DNA from: Octopus vulgaris
Lineage: Eukaryota
Assembly (NCBI GenBank): GCA_951406725.2
Contig: OX597838.1
Span: 16,244,001 to 16,308,000, forward strand
Direction: 5' to 3'
DNA: 64,000 bases
The translations under genes and the position numbers were made by a program. The notes below the pieces were generated by a model. That model made no database searches. It saw only the letters and a list, made by a program, of their open reading frames with translations, and was not told where the DNA came from. Shown here piece after piece: positions 27,531 through 41,067 of the stretch (positions are counted from its first letter, which is position 1; the number at the start of each line of letters is the position of its first letter).

Positions 27531-28096
27531 GCTGACTAATTGAGATTGCAAACCCTGCTGCCATGTCAGGCAACTACATATGCTACCGTATTAGACAGAA
27601 ATTAATATTGCATGTCACGGTCAGATAACAAATTACTCTGCTGTCTCACAACCAGACAGCAACCCATGCTCTCATGTCACAATCAATCTCCATCTTCCTA
27701 TAGCCACATGGAGTCAATAGCAATTGGTTATCAGTCCTTGATAATGGAAGGTTTGAAGCATGGCCCAACCAGCATCTCTGATATCAGGTTTCACACTCTT
27801 ATAATTCAATACAATAGTGTTACACCATCAGAGGTTGATTCTAATCTCTTTCCTGCTGATCTATATTTTCCCAATGTTAGTGCCACTTTAATTCTAATGC
27901 AAAATTATACAAGGGTGTGGCACAGAAGACTCCAGTACTGGAACCCAACATTAAAAATTAAAACCCCTGAGGTTAATGTCACTCAATCTGAAAGTAGTGT
28001 TCCAATATGTTCTTGGTCAATATTTTCAAAAATTCTGCATTTAAAAAACAAAAAAAAAAAAAAAAAAGAATACAGAGGTAATATTTTTCAACTTAC

Positions 28097-28179
28097 ATCA
28101 GTGTGGGACCAATATGAATAATCAAAATTAAAGCTCTTGTACATTTGGTCCTTGGGTCCAGGTTTAGGATTCTGTATAG
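28097..28179 (-). CDS. unc-104: Kinesin-3 coding exon 2, (T)IQNPKPGPKDQMYKSFNFDYSYWSHTD
   Basis: Not in the ORF track. TCTTTTGCAG acceptor and GTAAGT donor. The 83 nt restore the frame (100+83=183). FDYSYWSH is typical of kinesin-3. Confidence 0.95.
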
Positions 28180-28959
28180 CTGCAAAAGATAAAGAAATAC
28201 AGGATCAATGAAATGAGGCCCTTACAGGTGTTGAGTCAATTTCTAACATATGCTAACGAACATTTTTGTAGTAAACTTTTATAACTTCTAATCCATTAGG
28301 ATTGGGAATTCGAATTACTGCTAGTATATTTGTTGTTTCTCTCAGAAAGACATTCAATATTCTATATTTCAATACCTTGCTGGATGGTATGACAATTTTC
28401 TCATTCTATGGCAGTAGATCCCTCATCTGAGATGCCACATGCTGTAACACCTTCTCCAGCAGCAACTTTTCAGTTTGTTTTAGCAATTAAGATCATTCTA
28501 GATCAATGATTTGCAACCATTTTTCTCCTATGGACCCCACTTGATTCTTGTTTCACTTGGATAGACGCTCATAACCATTTATTTGATGTTTAAAAAATCC
28601 TATTATATTTTCATGATTATTATTAGGAATTATATATAAAAAATTATTAAAATATTTTAGATAAATTTCAACAACGAAATCTTATATGGACCCCCAAGGG
28701 CCAAGTTGAATCCAATTGAGAACCACTGCTTAAGAGTATCATCTTCAGCTCTTTCTTTTTTTTTTCTTAGGTTAAGCTGGAGTATGGATCAAAGGAGACC
28801 CATAGAGACAGAAGACCTAACAGAAACATCTAATCAAACACTTTCACTTTCTTTTTAAGACAGACGAGATTAAGACAATGAGTCTAGAGGTACTTAAGGA
28901 ACATTTTCAAGAGCATCAGAAGATTTAAGGGCACATTCCGTATCTGTTGGAATATAGAA

Positions 28960-29160
28960 TAACCTACATTGCCAGTGGCTGGGTAGCAGAGGGAAACAGG
29001 AGAAACCAAAGAAGAGTACAGAAGATATTATAGCAGAAGATTTTATAGACTTAGAAAAGATGGGAATTATCTGGAGTGATACAAAAATGCAGCATGAGAC
29101 AAGGACCCAACAGAAACAACTTATTGCCCAATGTCCCACAAGAGAAACAAAGAACTAAGA
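28960..29160 (+). mobile_element. Possible degraded RTE 3' end
   Basis: RGK..KPKK......DL.KMGI.W......QLIAQC resembles an RTE ORF terminus. Confidence 0.35.
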
Positions 29161-29549
29161 AGAGTATGATTTGAGAGTTATCTGGTGGTCATTTCTGGCA
29201 GATTGAGTGACTACATAGAAACTATTTGAGTCTCTTTTTTTCCCCGTGTCCCTTCATTCTGCATCATTTCATCTAAAATTATTGAATCTTCCTCACACAG
29301 CATCCAGACATGGAAGTTGCAGATTTATGCAGCAAATGAGATTCATGTAGATTTTGTGATGTAAAGCTGAGAATTGAACTCTCTTCAACCAGGACTTCTG
29401 CTTCTCCATACAAGGCACAAACTAAATACTTCAACTGAAAGAAGGTACCACTCCAAAGTTGCTCAAGCTGCAAGAAATAGCAGCTAAATCTCCTACAGAT
29501 CACAATCTACCATCATAAATAAAGAGAGGATAGCTAAGTCCATTTAGTT

Positions 29550-29724
29550 CAGCGGTTCTCAACTACAGGTCCCATGGTTGCATGCAGCCCTCAAGCATTT
29601 TCCTGGTGGCCCCACCAACAGTCTTCCTTCTACAAGCATAAATTTTTCTTTTGGTGCAGCCCCCTAATAAAAAAAATCCAGGTTTTGGATCTGGTCTGGA
29701 TATTAAGAAGTTTGAAAACTACTG
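29550..29724. mobile_element. hAT-like MITE
   Basis: Imperfect TIRs CAGCGGTTCTCAAC ... GTTTGAAAACTACTG. No clear TSD. Confidence 0.55.
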
Positions 29725-30096
29725 ATAAATGGTTGTGGCTGGAACATCTTTAATCATGAGACTGCAAACACTTCTAAAATGCACAAGCACAGATTTTTGG
29801 ATTCAAGATATCACATGCTTTGATATTGGAAGGCAAGGTTTTTTTCTGTGTTTTTAAATTATTTTTTGTTCTGGCTTGTTTTTTTCTTTCCTGCTTCATA
29901 TCAATTTGTATATTTTATTGTGGATGAGATAAATATCTGATTTGGAACAACTGTTTTTTACAGGTTTATCTTTATTTTTTTTTTAAAAAGCTTGAAATAA
30001 GTTGTAACATACAGATTGTCAAAACGAAGGCAAACAAGAGTCATGTGCTCTTAGCTAGTTACGTCCGGCCCACAGTTTAAACTAATAACCACCAGA

Positions 30097-30133
<37 letters not shown>

Positions 30134-30150
30134 CACACACACACACACAC

Positions 30151-30203
<53 letters not shown>

Positions 30204-31477
30204 CACTGTATCACTGATGCATGTATTAGATATATTTGTTTTATTATAAAAAGAGAGACAGAAAGAGGCAGAATTGACTTCTATTACAATAGATAAAGTG
30301 TGAGAAGAAAATGAATTCTAAAATCTAAATGTAAACTGGTCAAGCCTGATCTGGTTTGGCATGGTTGGACTTTATAATCTTGGCTTGGTTTTACAATTTA
30401 TTATTGGTCTGAATATTGAGCAATTCAGCCATGGCTTAACAGTTTCTGGTTTAACACCCTGTCATTGTTTCCATTAACACACATCTGACAGAAATCAATG
30501 AAACCAGATGCTTTCCTGTTCTAATGAAAAAAAATATATAAAAAGGGTAAAAAAAAAATAAGCAAAAGAAAGACGTTTAATTATTTCCCCCATCATCAAC
30601 CCCTTTACTAAATAGGAATCAGCTTTATTCCACCAATAGAATTCCACATTTGTTAACTAGACTTCAACTGACTCAATCGGTTAGTCCGTTAATCAATGTA
30701 GCGCAAAAAAAAATTATTAATACTACTACTAATAATAATAATAAATATGTAAAAATAAGAAAACAATTTGATCAATTATTGATTAAATAAACAGGATCCT
30801 GATTGACTGTAGTTATGGAGACAGTATCTATGGTACCCAATGTATATATCCAAGAAACTTCAGTGTGTGTGAGAGAGAGAGAAAGAGAGAGTTTTGTAAT
30901 ATCATAAGTAATAAGGGATAAGAGTTTTACTATATCAGAAAAGCAAAAACGAAAAAAATCCCATTTCACTTCCCTTTAAAAAAAACTAGAAACCTTGAGT
31001 CAAAACCACAAGTGGGAAAGCTGTCACTATAAAACCTTGTATGGCCTTTGGGAAGAAAGGCGGGGCTTTCCTAAAGTGCAGCCTTCAGAAAGAAGCCTGA
31101 ACTTTTACGTAGAAAAATACTTTTCTCACTAAATGCGTACTGTTATGTTTTTTTAATTCTTTAAAAAAATACATGAAAAAACCTGTTTACATTTTATCTT
31201 TCTCTCTTCTGTATGGTGCTATGTCTACAGACGTTAGCAATCATGGTACTCCACCCACTCTTGTCTCATGCACAACTTAGTACAACAATTGGGTCAATCT
31301 TTATGAAACTAGCTAGTAAGACCATCCAGTATCTGTTCTCTCTCTCTTTGTCATCCAAGGCTTCTTTTTCAATTTTACTTTTCTCTAGTTGCCACCAAAT
31401 GCTTAAGGCATTGTCTTCACATCCCATCCTTGTCCTGTTCCTCTTCCTTATTTTGTTATTAAAATTTCATAAGAAAA

Positions 31478-31858
31478 CTAGCAGTTTCGCCCGGCGTTGC
31501 TCGGGTTTGTAAGGGAAATAACTATATAAGCATTTTTAGAGAGTTATAGCCAAAAAATAGCAAAAAAATGCATTAAAAATGGGGAAAAAATTATGGTAAA
31601 TTTTTTTAAATCGTTGACTCATCGTAGACATTTTTAGAGAGTTACTTCCCTTATATAATAGCGAAAAAATGCATTAAAATGGAAAAAAATGATGGTAATT
31701 TTTTTTTTAAATCGTAGACTCATCGTAGATGTGTGCTAATACCCAGAAGGGCTCGATATGAATCACGACTATAAGATACCCGCTTTTGGTTAAACTGCAC
31801 CGCAAAATGTGGGAGTAGTTAGGAGACAGACCCACAACTTCTCTTTTATATATAAAGA
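31478..31858 (-). mobile_element. Non-autonomous Helitron
   Basis: Minus strand starts TCTTTATATATAAAAG and ends with hairpin CCCG-AGCAACGC-CGGG followed by CGAAACTGCTAG. Inserted between A and T with no TSD. Contains an internal ~100-bp tandem duplication. Confidence 0.9.
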
Positions 31859-32478
31859 TGTAATTAGCATTTTTTTTCTGTATAGTTAATAAAATTTATT
31901 TTATTGTGGCTTTATTAGATTATACTTAATCCAATGCAACGTTCAAACATAAGATTCCCACACCCAGACAAAAAAATATGATATTCCAGCATACAAGTGG
32001 AATGATGGAGAGACGCAGGCAGGCAGGACAGCCAAATCACTGTTACAGCTTGGATGCATTCCTTTCTATCATTCTCTGGTCTTGGTAGCAAAACTACCAA
32101 ACCTAACATTTTAATCACCATGGAAAGCTCAATAAAATAAGTACCAACAACTCATTGAGGCAGATTTTCTATGGCCTGGTGCTCTTCTTCTCACCACACA
32201 TCACCTATTCCAAATAAGGTAATATTTCTCCATATTTTTTTTACTCTTTTACTTGTTTCAGTCATTTGACTGCAGCCATGCTGGGGCACTGCCTTGAAGG
32301 GTTTTAGTCAAACAAATTGACCCCAGAGTTTATATTTTAAGCCTAGTACTTATTCTATCAGTCAATTTTGCTGAACCGCTAAGTTATAGGGACGTAAACA
32401 CACCAATACCAGTTGCCAAGCAGTGATGGAAGAGGGGAACACAGACACAAAGGCACACACACATATACATACAATAAT

Positions 32479-32533
<55 letters not shown>

Positions 32534-32673
32534 GTCATGAGAGGTAATGGTGTCACTGAGACCCAAAGGTGTCAGGTAATACTGAATAAGTGCTATAGAT
32601 AGACCATAGTTAAGTTCCAGGTTCGGTGATTATGCGAATAAGGGGTTCAATGTTAGTCATATGTCAGCGTGTG

Positions 32674-32890
32674 TATATAAAAATTTTATTTCGTAATGGG
32701 ATAAAAAAACTATGGCTGTGTAGATTTTAGAACATTTATAAATAGGTCTTACAGCTGTTTCCAGGATATTTATTGCTGAAGGGATATAATAGATATCCTT
32801 GAAACAGCTGTAAGACCTTCTATCTATAAATGTTCTAAAATCTTCACAGCCTTGGTTTTTTTATCTCATAATGAAACAAAATTTATATAT
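32674..32890. repeat. Fold-back inverted repeat with ~100-bp arms
   Basis: Arms ~32674-32774 and ~32788-32890. Each carries GAAACAGCTGTAAGACC, on opposite strands. Confidence 0.9.
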
Positions 32891-32898
32891 ATATAAAT

Positions 32899-33293
32899 GG
32901 AATGGCTGTGTGGTAAGTAGCTTGTTAACCAACCACTTGGTTCTGGGTTCAGTCCCACTGCATGGCATCTTGGGCAAGTGTCTTCTGCTATAGCCCCGGG
33001 CCGACCAATGCCTTGTGAGTGGATTTGGTAGACGGAAACTGAAAGAAGCCTGTTGTATATATGTATATATATATGTGTGTGTGTCTGTGTTTGTCCCCCT
33101 AGCATTGCTTGACAACTGATGCTGGTGTGTTTACGTCCCCGTCACTTAGCGGTTCGGCAAAAGAGACCGATAGAATAAGTACTAGGCTTACAAAGAATAA
33201 GTCCCGGGGTCGATTTGCTCCACTAAAGGCGGTGCTCCAGCATGGCCGCAGTCAACTGACTGAAACAAGTAAAAAAGTAAAGAGTAAAGAGTA
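32899..33293 (+). mobile_element. SINE family A copy
   Basis: Near-complete match to the reverse complement of 1401-1823, with an AAAGAGT tail. Confidence 0.85.
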
Positions 33294-34529
33294 ATATATT
33301 TGTGTGCTGTCATAACACAGATATGATATACAGATATATCTATTGCCATTGTCATGATGTCTTTTGTCATAACATGATTATCAGATCTGTAGTCATAACA
33401 TGGTTATAAAATCTATGGTTAAAAATGTAGTGGTGATTTTATTTTTATAATTTGCAACCAAGGTTCTTCTGTTCATCAATGCTGCAGATGTCTATGATGA
33501 AAATGCAAAAATTTCCAATAATTGTTAGAATCTTGCCAGTTTTGTAATCAATAGAAATCATCTCTTCTAGCAGACAATCAACTAACCCAAATCACGGTAA
33601 CAGCTACGGCACTACAAATTCTTTGTGAGACACATTTTATGTACACTCCATGAAGACACACCCAATTCACATGTCTTTTATAATCACTGAAGGAGGTTTT
33701 TGATAAACTGTAGCTTTATTCTCAACATAATTATAACATCTATTTCCATCTGTAAAGTACTTCTGGCTTTCAGTGCCAAAAATAGAATGAGGTGGATAAG
33801 AGAGAGAAACCATTTATAACGAGGTGTTCAGTTCAATTTATAGTCCTTGCTTAACTGGATTTCTTTGATGTCACACAACTATATTATTCCTCAGCTAAAT
33901 ACATTTTCTCTTTTCTTCATTTTTTTGGGGGGTGATGGGGAGAGCTCTTTTGATGTTACTGACATTGATTTCCAGATCACAAGTATAGAAAATATTGGCT
34001 TGTATTTGTAATTTTCTGCTTTTTATACAAAAAAAAAGTATATACTAAGTGCTTACTCAGCAATAGGGGAATGCCTGGCTGAGTAGTTAAGATGTTGGAC
34101 TCACGATTGTTAGGGGTCCACAAGTTCAATTATGGGACCAGACAACACTGTACTCTTAAGCAAGGCACTTCATTTCCCATTGTTCCAGTACACTCAGATA
34201 AAAATCAGTCACATTGACTCCTGGGGATTAACCCTGTGATGGACTGACATATCATACAAAGGTTAAGAAGTGTGCTCTCAGCTTAAATGCCTTGAAAATC
34301 TAGCAGAGTCCCAGCTTCAAGGAACAGAAGGCTCAAGGTATATAAAAACCATACACAGTGGCTGTGTGGTTAAGTTTGCTTCCCAAACATGCCGTTGAAT
34401 GATTTCCATCCTCACCTCTTTTATATATATATAATTATTATTATTATTTTTATTAAGAGTAGGGAATATAAAAATTCCAAACTTACAGGGAAAAATTCAA
34501 TTCAGCAACACTAAATCAAATTTCACAAT

Positions 34530-34830
34530 ATATATGTATACAATTTAGAGATAAAACCTGTAATAAGTAATTCAATTAATAGTGAAAGATATTAACTATA
34601 TAGAAAGAATTTAAATATATTATATTAAATATTATTCTAAAAATCACTAAATTAAATAAACATTAAATTGACTACGCGTGTTTCGTAACTATATATCTTT
34701 AAATGATAATAGTAAAATCTATAATATTAAAAGTTAATATTAATTTGATTTGAAATTCTTTCTATATAGTTTGATATCTTTCACTATTGAATTACTTATT
34801 ACAGGTTTTATCTCTTAATTATACATATAT
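34530..34830. repeat. Inverted repeat with ~80-bp arms and ~135-nt spacer
   Basis: GAGATAAAACCTGTAATAAGTAATTCAA...ACTATATAGAAAGAATTT, with its reverse complement at ~34749-34830. Confidence 0.9.
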
Positions 34831-35608
34831 ATATATATACATATATATACAGACGTGTGTGTTCTAAATTTGCAAATTTAGTTACAACATATATTTAATA
34901 AATTATTTTTAGCCTCAACAGTGAAAATAGATTCCTGATTACCCCACTTGATCTTTGTGTCTAGCTATTTATAGACCTGGGCTGCTTATAGGTACTCACT
35001 CTCTACCCAAGGAGGGTAGGGAGTAAGTGTCTACTTGTACAATGAAGCTACTAAAAATATGTCCATTGAACAAATGATTGTAACTTTGTTTAGGAATTTA
35101 ATCCTAAAAAATATTTTGTCTATGCTTGTACTTAAGCAGTTTGCTTCCCATAGATAAGGTTTCAGGTTCAACCCTACTGTGTGACACTTTGGGCAAATGT
35201 CTTCTACTATAACCTTAACCTGATCAAAACCTTGTGAAAGGATTTAGTACCTGGAGATATTTATCATCATCATCATTTAACATCCGTCTTTCATGCAGGC
35301 ATGAGCTGGACGATTTGACAGATGCTAGCAAACCAAAGGATTGCACCATGGTCTGTCTGTTTTGGTATGGTTTTTAAGGCTGGATGCCCTTACTAAGGCC
35401 AACCATTTTACAGAGTGGACTGGGTGCTTTATGTGTGGCACCAGCACTGGCAAAATCTGTTTTGACATGATTTTCATGGTCGGATGCCTTTCCTGACACC
35501 AACCACTTTACAGAGTGAACTGGATGCTTTCCATGTCATACCAGTACCAGTGAGGTCTGTTTTGGCATGATTTTCACAGCTAGATGCCCTTCCTAATGCC
35601 AACTGCTT

Positions 35609-35639
<31 letters not shown>

Positions 35640-35726
35640 ATAATAAATATTAGGGAATGAATCCAAAAATTACAGGGAAAAATCAGATTTACGGTTAAAT
35701 CCAATTTTATAGTAAAATATTATATA

Positions 35727-35894
35727 ATATAATTCGAGACAAAACCACTATTTTAAAACCAAACAAGGAAAGACTTAATCAATACATAAAATTTTAATAT
35801 AAATTAAATAAAATAAATAAAATAAATATTAAAATTTTATGTATTGATTAAGTCTTTCCTTGTTTGGTTTTAAAATAGTGGTTTTGTCTCGAAT

Positions 35895-35899
<5 letters not shown>
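35727..35899. repeat. Perfect fold-back with 74-bp arms and 25-nt AT loop
   Basis: 35727-35800 is the exact reverse complement of 35826-35899. Confidence 0.95.
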
Positions 35900-35949
<50 letters not shown>

Positions 35950-36985
35950 TACAGCATCATCATCATTTAACATCTGCTTTCCATACTGGCATGGGTTGGA
36001 TGGTTTGACTGAAGACTGGCAAGCTATTCATGCAGACAGATACTATGTATGTTCATACATATGATGGGGTGTTCATGTTTCCTTGTTTTGACATCATATG
36101 ATAGTTGTAAATGAGAGTCACCAATATTCAAGCAGTTTCATTCATTTCTAAAATATTCTTTGAAAACTACACCTGAGCTTGAAGAAATATTAATTTGCTT
36201 GGAAACAAGTGAGGGTTGGTGCCAGGAAGGGCACTTCTCCATAGAAAATCTGCCTCAAAAAATTCCATTACTTACATATATATATACATATATGTAAGTA
36301 TGTATGTATTATACCATACATTGATATTATGCAATTATCCTTCATTGGAATTCTAATTCTGGTCAGTATCACCAAAATAAAATTAAATCAACAGTGACAA
36401 ATACACAAAAAACATTTATAAAATTAAATTTTTAATAGCATTGGTCAATCAGAAATTGCCTTTTAAAATACTGTTAAAATACTGGTCAAACAGAGATTAT
36501 CTTTTAAAATATTGTTAAAATGTTGGTTTTGTTTTGACAAGATATAAGATTTCAGATAAAGAATAATGAAATGGAATTGACGACATTTATATTATTTGAA
36601 AGAGAATAACAGCAAATGTAGACTGGCTACAACTGCAAAACAGAACTATAACAAATTATGTCACTTGGTAGGAATTTACCTCTTACTAAGTAGGAGAAAC
36701 TCTTGTATCATTGTATCTTCTCCTGAATGGGATATAAGTCTGACCCAGGTTTACTCATTTGTAACTGACTGAACTGGAGTAATGTGAACTGAAGTGTCTT
36801 GCTCAAGAACATAATCCATTAACCTGACCAGGAATCAAAACCATGATACAAGGAAGATACAAGAGTTTACCTTTTATTAGCCAGCACTAGATATCACAAA
36901 AGCAAGGAGGAAACATTCTTTTGGTTGTCTTTTTTAACGAGACAAAATCTCTGATTCCAACAGAAATATGGTAACAAAAGGGTAA

Positions 36986-37305
36986 CATCATCATCATCAT
37001 CATCATCGTTTAACGTCCGCTTTCCATGCTAGCATGGGTTGGACGGTTCAACTGGGGTCTGGGGAGCCTGAAGGCTGCACCAGGCCAGTCAGATCTGGCA
37101 GTGTTTCTACAGCTGGATGCCCTTCCTAACGCCAATCACTCCGAGAGTGTAGTGGGTGATTTTATGTGCCACCGACACAGGTGCCAGGCGAGGCTGATGA
37201 ACGGCCACGCTCGGATGGTGTTTTTTATGTGCCACCGACACAGGTGCCACGCTCGGATGGTGTTTTTTATGTGCCACCGACACAAGTGCCAGACGAGGCT
37301 GGCGT
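36986..37305 (-). mobile_element. Retroposon family C with (GAT)n tail, representative of about 11 copies
   Basis: On the + strand: (CAT)n-CGTTTAACGTCC..TTCCATGCTAGCATGGGTTGGAC...GCTGGATGCCCTTCCTAACGCCAA..., with repeated TTTTAYGTGCCACC modules. Other copies near 3200, 9247, 35265, 41115, 46600, 47130, 63292, and 57735 (opposite strand). Confidence 0.75.
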
Positions 37306-37880
37306 GATCAGCAAATTTTCTAATTGTCTACTTAATTTTATTTATCTGAAGCCATTATAGTGAATGGTAGAAATTATCACAATTTCCAAATTACAGTCAT
37401 TTAAGCCCATTGTAGGTTTTGGTTTCCTGCTGTCTTTCAGTCTATTGCAGCACACTTACCTAAAGATCTGGTCACTTGACTGTTGGCCAGAATAGCCACT
37501 GCCTCTTTAACCTTTTAGCGTTCAGATTTCTCTGTCGAATGTAATGCTAGTTTATTTACATTGTTTGGAATTAATCTTGTGTCATCTTGTAGTTTTGAGA
37601 TTTCAATGATGTGACTGCTTATTTTTAGAATGACATTGTAAGGTGAGAGGCTGGAGCTGGCCACTTTGAACATGAAACAGGGGGGTCATTTAGGCCAGAT
37701 ATGGTCAGTTTAAATACTAAAGAGTTAAATGATAGAGGACTACGAAGATGTGACATTAAAGTCAAAGTCTCTTACAATTATGTCACATCTCAGCAATTCT
37801 AACTAAAAATAAGAAAAGTAGGGAGAAGAGAGAAAGAGGAGGCGGAGGAGCAGAAAATGGTAAAAAACTGATTAACTTAC

Positions 37881-37980
37881 TGGTTGTTGTTCCACACATA
37901 TCAATGATACAAGTTGAGTCTCGGGCAATTTCCCGACTGTTGAAGGGACGTACCCTTACAGCAACTTTAACCGACGACAT
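37881..37980 (-). CDS. unc-104: Kinesin-3 (unc-104/KIF1A-like) first coding exon, [33 protein letters not shown]
   Basis: ATG at 37980 with the kinesin N-terminal motif [17 protein letters not shown] donor at 37880 (phase 1). Acceptor TTTCTTTATTACAG ends at 37991, leaving 10 nt of 5'UTR, so an upstream non-coding exon must exist. Confidence 0.96.
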
Positions 37981-38668
37981 TGTTTTACTTCTGTAATAAA
38001 GAAATGAAATAAAATGGCATTAAGAATTTATTTCCAGCAGAAAATCTTAAAGTAGAAAAACAAGGATCTTTTGTTTAAGGAAATAGCAAAAATATAAAAA
38101 ACAAAAAGACTGTTTTTCATTTCAATTTATAATGTAAACAAACATCATCTTCACTTTAACGTCTACTTTTCATACTGAGATGCGTTTGGCGGGTCACCAC
38201 AGTCTGAATTAGTCCTTACTCAAATTTACTGCTCTTTTATATACTCTTACTCTTTTACTCATTTCAGTCATTTGACTGCGGCCATCACCACCACTGGCAG
38301 GATCTTTAAAGACATCGCAAAAAAATAAAAACAGTTGTGATTTGAACTCAGTACACAAAAGTACGTAAATACAGCCAGGTATTTTAAAATTCTCTCGTGG
38401 AATCAACCATTTAAAAATTTTTTTATCTTTAACTTGTTTCAGTCAGTGGACTGTGGCCATGTTGGGGCACCCCTTTGACAGGTTTAGTCAAACAAAAGGC
38501 ATGGTTTCTGCAGCTAGATGCCTTTCCCAATGCCAACCACTCACAAGGTCTTGGTTGGCCCGAGGCTATAGTAGAAGACACATGCCCAAGGTACCACACA
38601 CTGGGAACGAACCCAGAACCATGTGGTTGCTAAGCAAGCTACTTACCACACAGCCACTCCTGCGCCTG

Positions 38669-38708
<40 letters not shown>

Positions 38709-40083
38709 CAAATCAAATATTAAACACAACAAATAACAAAAGTCAAAAGGACATACACATGGAATACATTAGCTTGACACTGGATATAAGATGGAAACCA
38801 GAGAGAGAGAGAGAGAGTGTGTGTGTGTGTGTGGTACAGGCATGGCTATGTAGTAAGAAGCCTGCTCCTCAGACACATGCTTCTGGGTTCAGTCCCACAC
38901 TGTGGCTTCTTGGACCAGTGTCTTCTGCTATAGCCTCGGGCTTGACCAAAGCCTTGTGAGTGGAGTTGGTAGATAGAAACTGAATGAAGCCTATCAAGTG
39001 TGTGTGTGTACATCTACCAAATTCACTCACAAGACATAAGGTCGACCTGAGGCTATAGCCGAAGACACTTGCCCACGGTAGGTGTCACGCAGTGGGACTT
39101 GAACCCAAAAATCGCACGGGTGACAAAGTGAACTTCTTAACCACACAGCCACCTCCCCACATTGGTTAGGAAAATATTTTTAAAAAACTGTCATCACAAT
39201 GGAAATAATATTCTGAATGATTCTGTAAGTAAATGGACAGCAGCAGCAACAACAACTACTTTAATATACAATGGAAAGGAAGCTGTTTTTTTTTTTTAAA
39301 TGAATTCCTTACATTTATATTGGAGAAGCAGATACTTCCATTAAATCATTTCAAAAAATTCTACAAGTTTTCTTTATTTATTTATCTATACTTTTTACTT
39401 ATTCTTATTCTTCCTCTCTCTCCTCCTCCTCCTCTTCCTCTCCTTTCTTACTCTTTTTAGTTTATACTACCTGTTTCTATTATTTATTTTAGATTTTTTT
39501 TATTCATTATTATTTCTTTTTTTTTTTTTACTAAGAAAATGGAGGTGGGTGAAAATGTGATGGAGAAAATATGTTGGCAAATAAATGTATTTCAATCAAT
39601 TCTATTTTCATTTTTTGCTTTTTTGATTTTTTTTTTTTTTTGGCTTTCACAATTTTTTGATTTCAATTTTTCTTAAGAATGCTAAATGAATGTTAAAAGA
39701 ATTTCACTTTATCTCATCTTCATCATCATCATCATTATTATTATTATTATTATTATCATCATCATTATTATTATTATTATTATTATCATTATTATTATTA
39801 TTACGACTACTATTATCATCATCATCATCATTATTACTATTAATACTTTTGCTACTACTGTTTTGAAAATCATTGTTATTACTACTACCACTACTACTAG
39901 TATTGTTACTACTGCTTTGAAGGTCATTAATATTACTACTATTACCATTATGATTTTGCCTTTCATTCTTTCAAAGGTGGATAAAATAAAATACCAGTAA
40001 TTACAAGGTCAATTTAATCAACAAATCCCCCACCTCACAAACTGTTGGCCTTGTGCCTAAGCCAGAAGACATTACTTATTATG

Positions 40084-40115
<32 letters not shown>

Positions 40116-40373
40116 AACTGTCTGGAAATTCTTCAAATATCTCAAAAAGCTGAAGTCATAGCAAATAGATTTGAAAATTTTAAAGAAAATCTATTTTCAA
40201 CATTATAGGTACAGGCATGGCTATGTGGTAGGAAGCTTGCTTCTTAGTCACACACTTCTGGGTTCAGTTCCACAGTGTGGCTTCTTGGGCCAGTGTCTTC
40301 TGCTATAGCCTCAGGCCTGACCAAAGCCTTGTGAGTGGAGTTTGTAAATGGAAACTGAATGAAGCCCATCAAA

Positions 40374-40405
<32 letters not shown>

Positions 40406-40807
40406 ACCCCCACTTAACAACTGATGATATGTCTTTGTCCCTGTAACTTAGCAGTTTGGTAAAACAGACTGATAGAATAAGAACCAGGCTCTCAAAAGAA
40501 TAAGTACTGGGGTTGAGTCATTAAACTAAAGAAATGATAATTTTTCAAACTGGTGCCCCAGCATGGCCAGAGTCTAATGGTGAAACAAGTGAAAAAGCAA
40601 AAAAAAAAAGATAAAAATAATATAGTCAAAGTATGATGAAAGTCATTTCATCTAGGTTTATTTCTATCATTTTTGCAAAAAGTGATGGAATGTCAGAAAC
40701 TAGTGATTCCAAACCAAATGTTCTACAGCAGAGGTTTTTAATCGGGGCCCACATAAGATTTTGTTGCCAAAGTTTATGAGCAGTAAATTGATTATTCTTC
40801 TACAATA

Positions 40808-41067
40808 ATAATAAATAAATGCGCCCTTTTAAAAACTAACCAGGCTCATGGGCCCGGTTTCCCGGTTTCTATGGCGTATGTGTTCCCCAGCTGGACGGGA
40901 CTCCAGTCCATCGCAGCGTTACTCATTTTTGCCAGCTGAGTGGACTGGAGCAACGTGAAATGAAGTGTTTTGCTCAAGAACACAACGCGTCGCCCGGTCC
41001 AGGAATTGAAACCACAATCTTATGATCATGATGCTGACACCCTAACCACTAAGCCACACGCCTCCAC
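40808..41067 (-). mobile_element. tRNA-derived SINE with CORE-like and V-domain-like central segments
   Basis: A box TGGCTTAGTGG, then TGTTCTTGAGCAAAACACTT and CTGCGATGGACTGGAGTCCCGTCCAG. 14-bp TSD ATTCTTCTACAATA at 40794-40807 and 41068-41081. Degraded relatives near 8503, 24225 and 34070. Confidence 0.85.

Noticed and set aside
27612-28121. 169-aa ORF on the plus strand
   Set aside because: No recognisable motif. It runs through a poly-A tract and is antisense to kinesin exon 2.
30300-31120. Repeat-poor intronic stretch with a GC box (GGCGGGGC)
   Set aside because: It could be regulatory, but isolated short motifs are not enough evidence.
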